DNA from: an uncultured Anaerolinea sp.
GTDB taxonomy: Bacteria > Chloroflexota > Anaerolineae > Anaerolineales > Villigracilaceae
Length of the DNA stretch: 32,000 nucleotides
Assembly: GCA_964528275.1 (NCBI GenBank)
Contig: CAZGSB010000001.1
Coordinates: 123,901-155,900, forward strand
Reading direction: 5' to 3'
Positions within the stretch are counted from its first letter, which is position 1. Every line of letters starts with the position of its first letter. The notes under the pieces were generated by a model, which had not been told where the DNA came from, ran no database searches, and saw nothing but the letters and a program-made list of their open reading frames with translations. Made by a program: the position numbers and the translations under genes. Of this stretch, positions 17,168 through 24,262 are shown piece by piece.

Positions 17168-17533
17168 TCAATTTCGCGGCGAAGAAGGAGGCGGTTTCAC
17201 ATCGAATGAAAAAGCGACTGGCTCCTGTGACGGACCATCGGGATAGTACAACTTCGCCTCCAGCGTGTACGGATTCTTCAACTCTTCATCGCGCAGGTGC
17301 ATGGTGAATTCGAGTTTCCAACTCATCGGCTCGACGATGCTTGTGGAGGCAACTTCTACGCCACCCGAATCGCGAAGAGTTACTTCGATGTGCGGGCGTT
17401 TTTGATACGGCGTGATTTCGATATTGCATCGCACGCGGTAACCATCGGGGTACACCTCCGCCGTGAGTGACGTGATGCGCGTCTCCTCGGGGACCATGCG
17501 TTGCAAATTATCTTCGGAAAAAAAGAAATCCAT
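17168..17533 (-). CDS. Hypothetical 121-aa protein; no family recognised
   Basis: Clean ORF in an operon-like minus-strand run. ATG 17533 is directly abutted by the CA-rich octamer repeats and has no SD. Confidence 0.5.
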   Translation of the reverse strand: MDFFFSEDNLQRMVPEETRITSLTAEVYPDGYRVRCNIEITPYQKRPHIEVTLRDSGGVEVASTSIVEPMSWKLEFTMHLRDEELKNPYTLEAKLYYPDGPSQEPVAFSFDVKPPPSSPRN

Positions 17534-17589
17534 AGTTTGTTAGTTTGTTAGTTGGCTAGTTTGCTGGTTGGCTGGTTGGCTGGTTGGTA
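17534..17589. repeat. Seven tandem octamers. Sense (minus) strand reads TACCAACC AGCCAACC AGCCAACC AGCAAACT AGCCAACT AACAAACT AACAAACT-ATG
   Basis: Read directly. The period is exactly 8 nt. The sense strand has only 4 G in 56 nt. Confidence 0.9.
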
Positions 17590-17609
17590 TGGTGTGATCG
17601 TCGGTTTTC

Positions 17610-17640
17610 AATCGTAAATCGAAAATCGTCAATCGTAATC
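17610..17640. repeat. Four and a half tandem heptamers, AATCGNN on the plus strand
   Basis: AATCGTA AATCGAA AATCGTC AATCGTA ATC, read directly. Confidence 0.85.
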
Positions 17641-17667
17641 TTGTGCTGAGCCTGTCGAAGCATCGTC

Positions 17668-18516
17668 TTATTCATCGAACAAAAACGTCGCCTCCGAATA
17701 CAGCCGCACACCTTTCTTCTTCACGCGCTCGTCCACCCACTGCTTGAGATACTCGCGCTTGTATTCGATGGGCTTGCCGCTCGAAAGTTCATGCAACGGA
17801 TAGTTCAAATGCAATGCGCGCGGTGAAACGGTGAACCGCGTGATCCCCGTGGGCAAAACGATCTTGCGCCCCGCCAGTTTGAGCAACGTTCGAATCTTGA
17901 AACGCGGAAAGATGATCAGCGCGGTCAGGTCCTCGTGGACTTCGCGGAACGGCTCGACCAGCGTCTGACTGGTGCGGTCGAGCGATGCGCGCGCTTTATA
18001 CGTGTCCACGATGCGGTGCAGGGTGTGGATGTGATTGGAAAGGTCGGCAGGATCCTCCAGCAACAGGTATAACTTTCCATCGGGCAGGCGCACATTGACC
18101 GGTATGTACTTCGGCGCATCCACCGAGTGGTGGGTATCCACCTTCGTCACGTCCAACCCCTTGATCTTTTTCAGGTCGCCCATCAGCGACTTGGGCGGCA
18201 GGCCCCACACCACGTGGTTCCACGTTTGCAGATTCACGTTGGGGTCATCAGCGCCCACCACCTGCGCCACGATGTGCGGGAATTCCAATTCCTCCAGCGA
18301 GGTGACGCGGTTCGCCCCATCCAAAACCATGTAACGCTTCGTACCGTCCATCAACGGCATCACGATGGGCGGGTTCCGCAGAATTCCCGCCGCGCGCAAC
18401 TTCTCGATCAGCGGCATGCTCCGTTGCATGTCGTGATCTTCATGCAAAATTAAACTTTCGATGGGGAGAATGTCCAGTTTGGGAAGGCTGGGAATCATCG
18501 TCGCGAAGCATACCAC
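17668..18516 (-). CDS. ParB/Srx-fold N-terminal domain protein, possibly of the SerK/SbnI-like small-molecule kinase type
   Basis: ILPIESLILHEDHD...YMVLDGANRVTSL resembles the ParB/Srx core (DGxHR position reads DGANR). No ParB arginine patch (GERRxRA) or HTH was seen. The track start is GTG 18516; the alternative ATG is at 18498. Confidence 0.6.
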   Translation of the reverse strand: MVCFATMIPSLPKLDILPIESLILHEDHDMQRSMPLIEKLRAAGILRNPPIVMPLMDGTKRYMVLDGANRVTSLEELEFPHIVAQVVGADDPNVNLQTWNHVVWGLPPKSLMGDLKKIKGLDVTKVDTHHSVDAPKYIPVNVRLPDGKLYLLLEDPADLSNHIHTLHRIVDTYKARASLDRTSQTLVEPFREVHEDLTALIIFPRFKIRTLLKLAGRKIVLPTGITRFTVSPRALHLNYPLHELSSGKPIEYKREYLKQWVDERVKKKGVRLYSEATFLFDE

Positions 18517-18537
18517 ACAAGGTTGAGAGCCTTCAAC

Positions 18538-19242
18538 TTACAAAAGTTTCAACGCGGTGGCAAAATCGTTTGGATGTTCCGCCCTGAACGTCATTCGCTC
18601 GTTCGTTGTGGGATGCATGATCGTTAGTGAATGCGCGTGCAATGCGGGACGTGCGATGATTTTTGATTCAGACGCGCCGTACAGGACGTCCCCCGCCAGC
18701 GGATGCCCCACCGCCGCCGCATGGACTCGCACCTGATGCGTCCGTCCCGTCTTCGGCGCCGCTTCGACCCACGAGTACGCCTGCCCTCGCCGTAGGATGT
18801 TGAAGCGCGTCTCCGACGATTTCCCGCTCCTGTCGTCAACCACGGTCCGATGTTTATGCCCCACGTTGACTCGCAGTGGATGCCGCGCAACCTTCTCCTC
18901 CCATCTTGGAATCCCCACGACAATGGCGTGGTAAATCTTTTCCACCTCGTGATTTTCAAACTGCACATTCAACGCGCGGTGACTCTCGGCATTCCGCGCA
19001 AAGACCATCACCCCGCTGGTGATTTTGTCCAAGCGATGAACAATCCAGACCTTTCCGAATTCCTCTTCAAGGATCTTCACCAAATACGGCGCGTCCTTAT
19101 CCCAGCCATCTGGCAGGACAGGAATCCCCGCGGGCTTGTCGAGGACGAGGATGTGATCGTCTTGAAAAATAATTATCATGATTCGTGGGGCGGGATGACA
19201 TCCCGCTATTTCAAAAATGTGCGGAATATCATTCCGCACCAC
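18538..19242 (-). CDS. RluA-family pseudouridine synthase (no S4 domain)
   Basis: HRLDKITSGVMVFARN (catalytic Asp motif), LDKPAGIPV, GRTHQVRVH. Start is uncertain: GTG 19242 or ATG 19179. Confidence 0.85.
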   Translation of the reverse strand: MVRNDIPHIFEIAGCHPAPRIMIIIFQDDHILVLDKPAGIPVLPDGWDKDAPYLVKILEEEFGKVWIVHRLDKITSGVMVFARNAESHRALNVQFENHEVEKIYHAIVVGIPRWEEKVARHPLRVNVGHKHRTVVDDRSGKSSETRFNILRRGQAYSWVEAAPKTGRTHQVRVHAAAVGHPLAGDVLYGASESKIIARPALHAHSLTIMHPTTNERMTFRAEHPNDFATALKLL

Positions 19243-19248
19243 GCTTCA

Positions 19249-19254
19249 ATTTTA
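19249..19254 (-). promoter_or_regulatory. Possible -10 box (TAAAAT) 6 nt upstream of the GTG 19242 start of the RluA-family gene
   Basis: Minus-strand TAAAAT = plus 19249-19254. No convincing -35 was found, and a GTG start is less typical for leaderless mRNAs. Confidence 0.25.
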
Positions 19255-19256
19255 CC

Positions 19257-19285
19257 TTGACGCATGGTTCGTAACCGCATATTAT
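19257..19285 (+). promoter_or_regulatory. Promoter TTGACG-17-TATTAT, with the -10 box 7 nt upstream of ATG 19293 (leaderless TrmH-family mRNA)
   Basis: TTGACG at 19257-19262. TATTAT at 19280-19285. The spacer is exactly 17 nt. No SD is present. Confidence 0.55.
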
Positions 19286-19292
19286 CCCAATT

Positions 19293-20111
19293 ATGGACGA
19301 CCCCTCTGCCAACAACCCCTTCCTCGTAGACTCGCTCAACCATCCCCTCGCTGGTCCCATCCGCAAACTGCTCACGCGCGAAGGTCGGCGTGAACTCAAC
19401 CAGATCATCATTGACGATGAAGAGAATATCCTCCAAGCCCTCGATGCGGGGGTTGAAATTGAATCCGTTTATTTCTCTGGCGACGATAAAGTCTCCGAAA
19501 CCCTGCGAGAGAAATTGACCGCGGGCGCGACCATCCACGAAGTGGCAAAGCGGACGACGAAAAAATTGTTCGAAAACGACAAAATTTCACGCATTTTCGC
19601 CATCGCCGAAACACCGAAGCCCACCGGGTTGGAGAAGTTGAAGACAATCTCGAAAGATGTCGTTGTGCTGGAGGATGTGAGCATCTCAGGCAACATCGGC
19701 AATATCATCCGCACCTCGCTGGCGCTGGGCGTGGGAGGGATGATCCTACTCAACATGGACCCGCTGGATATTTACGATCGCCGTCTCATCCGCGCCAGCC
19801 GCGGGTATTTGTTCTCACTCCCAGTGATGACGGCAACCACAAGCGAATTGATCGCCTACTGCAAACAAAACAACGAATCCCTGCTTGTCACCGCGGCAGA
19901 CGCGGAGAAATCCGTAGGCGAGATCGGCTCGATCCCTGAACGCCTGCTGATCGTCTTCGGCAGTGAAAAGGAGGGATGCTCGCCGGAGATCGAGAACGCC
20001 GCGAGTTTGAAGGTGCGGATTCCGATCAATAAAAAAGTTGAATCATTGAACGTCTCAGCCGCGGCGGGGATCACGTTGTTCAATCGGGCGGGGTTCAATA
20101 ACCCATCTTAA
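19293..20111 (+). CDS. TrmH/SpoU-family RNA 2'-O-methyltransferase
   Basis: SpoU motifs GNIGNIIRTSLALGV, IVFGSEKEGCS, IPINKKVESLNVSAAAGITLF. Confidence 0.85.
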   Translation: MDDPSANNPFLVDSLNHPLAGPIRKLLTREGRRELNQIIIDDEENILQALDAGVEIESVYFSGDDKVSETLREKLTAGATIHEVAKRTTKKLFENDKISRIFAIAETPKPTGLEKLKTISKDVVVLEDVSISGNIGNIIRTSLALGVGGMILLNMDPLDIYDRRLIRASRGYLFSLPVMTATTSELIAYCKQNNESLLVTAADAEKSVGEIGSIPERLLIVFGSEKEGCSPEIENAASLKVRIPINKKVESLNVSAAAGITLFNRAGFNNPS

Positions 20112-20126
20112 ACTTGAACATTGAAA

Positions 20127-20152
20127 AGGGGTGGACACGCACGTCCGCCCCT
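20127..20152. repeat. REP-like GC hairpin (AGGGGTGGAC / GTCCGCCCCT), same family as the hairpin at 12868-12889
   Basis: 10-bp stem with one G-T pair, 6-nt loop, 16 nt after the stop of the TrmH-family gene, no T-run. Confidence 0.5.
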
Positions 20153-20220
20153 ACCGAATCTGGGGGAACTTTTTAGAATCCGTTTCGTCCATTCTCTGAA
20201 ATCAACATTCGGAGAATAAC

Positions 20221-20628
20221 ATGAAAAATCTGATCCTTTCCCTTGGGTTTTTGGCAATTCTGGTTTCCGCCTGCGCCTCCGCGCCGTCCGCGGACATCAC
20301 CGGCAACTGGACACTTGTCGCTTATGGAGACCCCTCGAACCCAACGCCAGCACTGCCGGACGTGGAAACCTCCATCGAATTCAAATCGGATGGCACCCTC
20401 GGCGGAAATGTCGGTTGCAACGGTTTCGGAGGTGAGTACGAAGTCAACGCCGGTACGATTGAATTTGGTCCCGTAATGATGACCGAGATGTTTTGCGAAG
20501 CCATCGCCGAGCAGGAGTCAAGCGTGGTGAACGTGTTGGTTGGTTCCGCTGGGTTCTCGCTGGAGGGAAGCACCTTGACCATCACCTCGGAGGATGGGAG
20601 CGCTGTGATCGTGTTGGCGAGGAAGTAA
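20221..20628 (+). CDS. META-domain (HslJ-like) lipoprotein
   Basis: Signal/lipobox LAILVSAC. GNWTLVAY..., CNGFGGEYEV...GPVMMTEMFC pattern. SD GGAG lies 6 nt upstream. Confidence 0.8.
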   Translation: MKNLILSLGFLAILVSACASAPSADITGNWTLVAYGDPSNPTPALPDVETSIEFKSDGTLGGNVGCNGFGGEYEVNAGTIEFGPVMMTEMFCEAIAEQESSVVNVLVGSAGFSLEGSTLTITSEDGSAVIVLARK

Positions 20629-20645
20629 TTCGAAGAAAGACTAAC

Positions 20646-20678
20646 GTAGGACGAGATACGCAAAGCGTCTCGCCCTAC
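20646..20678. terminator. Imperfect hairpin between the convergent META and ABC-2 permease genes
   Basis: GTAGG..CGAG..ACGC AAA GCGT CTCG..CCTAC. No strong T-run on either strand. Confidence 0.4.
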
Positions 20679-20683
20679 TTCGT

Positions 20684-21469
20684 TTAACTGCTTGCCCCGC
20701 TGTATCGCTTGAGTCCCGCCTTCCACACTCGTGAAGCGACGAGAAAACTGATAACTCCAATGCCGATGAACATCATAATTTGATTCGCACCCAATTCGCC
20801 GCGTAGACCTTGCAAAGGAACTGTCGTTGCCACAGCGATGGGGACAAGAAACGTGACGATGATCCGCAACCACACGGGATATACTGTCGAAGGGTAGCGT
20901 CCCGCGTCGAGCAGGGCTTGCAGGATGGTCACGTTGTTGTCGAACTTGGTGAACCAGAACGTGAGGGCGATCAGGACGATCCACAAACTGTAGATGATGA
21001 TCACGCCGGAGAGGGCGAGCAGGATGAAGGTCAGGATGTGAAGCGGGGTGACGGAATCCCCAGACATGTTGATACCGATCACGATCAAACCGACGGCGAG
21101 AAATAAATCCCAAATCCGCCAGACGGTGATGCGCGAGAACGTGACGAGGAACATGCTGTTGACCGGTTGCAGGATGGTATAGTCCATCGAGCCGTCACGG
21201 ATGGATTGGTTGAATTTTTCGGTGTTGGGCCAGATCAGCGCGATCATCAATGTGTTGACGAGGCGGAACACGCCGAGCAGGGCGATGAGTTCACTAAAGC
21301 CCCAGCCGCCGATGGTCTCGGTGTTGCTGAAGATGATGTTGAGTGTGAGCAGTTCCCAGCCGAGCCACATCAGGTTGAGCAGGATGTTGACAATGGTATC
21401 GGCGCGATACGCCAGCGACATCTGGATGTTGACCTTGAGGAACGCGGAGAGTAATTTCAGTGTGTGCAT
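20684..21469 (-). CDS. ABC-2 family transporter permease
   Basis: Six hydrophobic segments. MHTLKLLSAFLKVNIQMSLAYRADT is an N-terminus typical of this uncharacterised ABC-2 permease family. ATG 21469 lies 1 nt after the upstream stop. Confidence 0.8.
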   Translation of the reverse strand: MHTLKLLSAFLKVNIQMSLAYRADTIVNILLNLMWLGWELLTLNIIFSNTETIGGWGFSELIALLGVFRLVNTLMIALIWPNTEKFNQSIRDGSMDYTILQPVNSMFLVTFSRITVWRIWDLFLAVGLIVIGINMSGDSVTPLHILTFILLALSGVIIIYSLWIVLIALTFWFTKFDNNVTILQALLDAGRYPSTVYPVWLRIIVTFLVPIAVATTVPLQGLRGELGANQIMMFIGIGVISFLVASRVWKAGLKRYSGASS

Positions 21470-21470
21470 G

Positions 21471-22268
21471 TCACGCCCCGACCGCCGAAAAGCGTTTGAC
21501 GCCCTGCCGCCAGGCAAACAGGAACAACGTCAGCGCGACAACCAGCCAGATAACTCCCGTTACGTAGCCTTGCGTGATCTCGCTCGCGGTGAGTTTCCCC
21601 TGAATCATCTGGATCGGCAGGTACATGAACAACTGGAAGGGGAGGAAACGCGCAATGGCTTGAATCAGGTCGGGCATGAGTTTGAGCGGCACGAATTGTC
21701 CCGCGAAGACGAGGATGAGCGCGTAATAAAATTCATGGATCGAAAACATGCGCGTCGTCCAGAAGGCGAGCGAGGTGATCGTGCCCGACAATAAGAAGTT
21801 GATGAAATATCCCAGCACGATGGCGGGAAGCGCAAGCAAAATCCCGTTCAGGCTGACCGACGCAAAATCGGGTTGAAAAACGAACGCGAGCACCAGCCAG
21901 ACGGGAACCAGCCACATCAGGTTCAAGGTTTTGAACGCGACATCGTTGACCAGCGTATTGGTCAGCAGGGGATGGATCGGTTTGACCAGTTCGCCGGATA
22001 GCGAGCCATCCTGAATTTTGTACCCGAAAATGTGGATGATGATGTTGCTCGTCATTTGATCCACGATCAACAAAATCATGTAGTAGGTCACAAAGTCATT
22101 GGCGGTAAAGCCGTTCACGTCGCCTTTGCTGGTGGCGATGCTGGTCCACACGGCGAGGTAGATGATGGGCGAGACCAGCCAATACAGCAAGTACATGATG
22201 AGGTTGGCGCGATACTGCCATTGCTCCGCCCAGTTCACCTGCCAGAGACGTTTGAAGATGAGGAACAT
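21471..22268 (-). CDS. ABC-2 family transporter permease (partner subunit)
   Basis: Polytopic. N-terminus FKRLWQVNWAEQWQYRANLIMYLLYW is typical of the paired permease. SD GGAG lies 5 nt upstream. Confidence 0.8.
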   Translation of the reverse strand: MFLIFKRLWQVNWAEQWQYRANLIMYLLYWLVSPIIYLAVWTSIATSKGDVNGFTANDFVTYYMILLIVDQMTSNIIIHIFGYKIQDGSLSGELVKPIHPLLTNTLVNDVAFKTLNLMWLVPVWLVLAFVFQPDFASVSLNGILLALPAIVLGYFINFLLSGTITSLAFWTTRMFSIHEFYYALILVFAGQFVPLKLMPDLIQAIARFLPFQLFMYLPIQMIQGKLTASEITQGYVTGVIWLVVALTLFLFAWRQGVKRFSAVGA

Positions 22269-22286
22269 GGTTACTCCAAAATCCGT

Positions 22287-22415
22287 TGGTTGAGTAGTCC
22301 TGAGCGAAGCGTAGCGGAGACGAAGGACGTATCGAAACCAACAGGTAACATAATTTGTGCGCTTATAGGGTGGTTTCGATACGCCCCGCGACGATCACGC
22401 GGGGCTACTCAACCA
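22287..22415. repeat. Structured inverted-repeat element of about 130 nt between the ABC ATPase and permease genes
   Basis: Outer arms 22287-22297 / 22405-22415 (11 bp). Inner arms CGTATCGAAACCA (22328-22340) / TGGTTTCGATACG (22371-22383), 13/13. Extra hairpin CCCCGCG / CGCGGGG at 22384-22404. Confidence 0.7.
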
Positions 22416-22428
22416 CCAGGTTGCTTTG

Positions 22429-23409
22429 TTACTCATTAAACGCGCGCTCGATGACGTTCTCGATCGGCGGATCGGAAATGCTGATGTCCGCGATGGGGAG
22501 TTCGGCGAGCATCCGCGAGGTGACTTTGGTGACCTCTTCGGCTTTGACCTGGATGTAGGACTTCTCCGCATCTTCCGCATTTTGGACGGGTTCGCCGTAG
22601 GGAGTCAGATCGTGCCCGTTCGACCCCGCCAGCACGACGCCGATCAACTTGTACGGCGCAATGCGGCGCGAAAGATCGCCGATGCCGCCGTCGTATTTGA
22701 GTTGACCGTGATGGATGATGATGATTCGTTCGCACAACGCAGTGACGTCTGCCATGTAGTGACTCGTCAGTAAGATCGTCGCGCCTGTGCGTTTGTTGTA
22801 CTCGCGCAAAAACTCGCGGATGCGCGCCTGCCCCGTAATATCCAGCCCGATGGTAGGTTCATCGAGGAACAACACTTTCGGGCGGTGCAACAACCCGACC
22901 GCAATCTCCACTTTCATCCGCTCGCCGAGCGAGAGATTGCGGACAGGCTTTTTCATCAACGGCTCGAGTTCGAGCAGTTCGTCCAGCTCTTTGTATGTCT
23001 TTTTGTATTCATCGTCGGGGATGCGGTAAATGGCTTGGTTCAGCAGATACGAATCCGCCGCGGGGATGTCCCATGACAAACGATTGCGTTGTCCCATCAC
23101 GAGCGTCATCGAACGCAGGTACTCTTGCTTCAACTCCCATGGCGTAAATCCCAGCACATTCGCGGTACCGCTTGTGGGGTGAAGTAGACCCGCCAGCATT
23201 TTCAATGTGGTCGTCTTACCCGCGCCGTTCGGTCCCAAAAAGCCGACGATCTCTCCCTGCGCGATGTTGAAATTCACACCGAGCACGGCTTTTACGTCGT
23301 TGTACTTGCGTTTGAAGAAGCCGCGCACCGCCGCGCTGAATCCGCCTTCGCGTTCGGGCACTTGATAGGTCTTGCTTAATTTTTCCACGCGAATGGTGTG
23401 TGTTGTCAT
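22429..23409 (-). CDS. ABC transporter ATP-binding protein
   Basis: Walker A GPNGAGKTTT, signature LSLGERMK, Walker B VLFLDEPTIGLD, H-loop TSHYM. Confidence 0.92.
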   Translation of the reverse strand: MTTHTIRVEKLSKTYQVPEREGGFSAAVRGFFKRKYNDVKAVLGVNFNIAQGEIVGFLGPNGAGKTTTLKMLAGLLHPTSGTANVLGFTPWELKQEYLRSMTLVMGQRNRLSWDIPAADSYLLNQAIYRIPDDEYKKTYKELDELLELEPLMKKPVRNLSLGERMKVEIAVGLLHRPKVLFLDEPTIGLDITGQARIREFLREYNKRTGATILLTSHYMADVTALCERIIIIHHGQLKYDGGIGDLSRRIAPYKLIGVVLAGSNGHDLTPYGEPVQNAEDAEKSYIQVKAEEVTKVTSRMLAELPIADISISDPPIENVIERAFNE

Positions 23410-23416
23410 AAAAACA

Positions 23417-23440
23417 AATCGCTCCTCGATGGGAGCGATT
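23417..23440 (-). terminator. Terminator-like hairpin plus T-run ending 1 nt before the ABC ATPase ATG; the 3' arm contains the only GGAG
   Basis: Minus strand reads AATCGCTCC-CATCGA-GGAGCGATT-TGTTTTT-ATG. The stem is 9 bp. Confidence 0.45.
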
Positions 23441-23488
23441 GTAACAGAGGTATTGCGTATTTATTCGGAGAAACACAAATAAGTTTCC

Positions 23489-23547
23489 CGTAGTAACGAC
23501 TTCAGTCGTTAATTTTCAGCCGACAAGCGACTGAAGTCGCCACTACG
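23489..23547. repeat. Long inverted repeat (18 of 20 bp stem, 19-nt loop), REP-like
   Basis: CGTAGTAACGACTTCAGTCG (23489-23508) pairs with CGACTGAAGTCGCCACTACG (23528-23547). Confidence 0.7.
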
Positions 23548-23570
23548 AAGTTAGGCAATGTGGGTTGCCT

Positions 23571-24218
23571 TTAATCAAACTCCGAAACGCGGTACCAAAC
23601 CTCCACGTTAACGTGGATCGTCTTGCTGTGTTGAATGTCCATGCCGAGGCTGGGTTCGGGCGTGATGCCCACCGAGCGTTTCGGCGCGGCTTGCATCGCC
23701 GCGAACTGCGGATACGGCATCTCCTCGTCGAAATGATTTTCGATCAGGTCGTACACCCCGAGCAACTTCACGCCCATTGCCTTTGCCACGTTATCGGCTT
23801 TGGCTTTCGCCTTCTCGATGGCAGACATCAACGCCTTCTCTTTTGCTTCCTCCTCATTGTACTGCCAGGCGATGCGTTCGAGTGCCGCGTTCTTCTGGGA
23901 TGAGATGGCATCCAGGACCTCTGCCAGCCCATCCAGGTTTTCGCATTTGACTTTCAGCCGATACGTCGCGCTGGAGGATTTGAGTAAGGCACCGCTCGAC
24001 GTCTCGATGTGGACGCCCTGCAACTGGATCGCTTCGGGACTCACCCCGATGCTGGTCAGCGCTTCGACGAGTTGATTCACCTCTTTGGCTTTCTTCATCG
24101 CCGCGTCCCCGCTGACCAGCGACGAACCTTTGACGGTCACGTACAAATCCGCGTGCGAGGCGCGGATCTCCTCCTTGTGCGAGGCGGATACTTTGATGGT
24201 GTCGGGTTTGGATTCCAT
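23571..24218 (-). CDS. SIMPL (DUF541)-like protein without an obvious signal peptide
   Basis: About 215 aa. Pattern IKVSASHKEEIRASHADLYVTVKG...KEKALMSAIEKAKAKADNVAKAMGVKLLGVYDLIE matches the SIMPL layout. Assigned by pattern only. Confidence 0.55.
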   Translation of the reverse strand: MESKPDTIKVSASHKEEIRASHADLYVTVKGSSLVSGDAAMKKAKEVNQLVEALTSIGVSPEAIQLQGVHIETSSGALLKSSSATYRLKVKCENLDGLAEVLDAISSQKNAALERIAWQYNEEEAKEKALMSAIEKAKAKADNVAKAMGVKLLGVYDLIENHFDEEMPYPQFAAMQAAPKRSVGITPEPSLGMDIQHSKTIHVNVEVWYRVSEFD

Positions 24219-24262
24219 GGGGGTTCTCTTTCACTCAAACACAGCTTTGGCTTTATATTTAT

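Noticed and set aside
17534-17640. The short tandem repeats as a CRISPR array or a tRNA/sRNA gene
   Set aside because: The units are 7-8 nt with no spacers and no stable secondary structure, so they are reported as simple tandem repeats instead.
20322-21113. 263-aa minus-strand ORF overlapping the META gene and the ABC-2 permease
   Set aside because: It is out of frame with two well-supported genes, and the product is Arg/His/Pro-rich without motifs.
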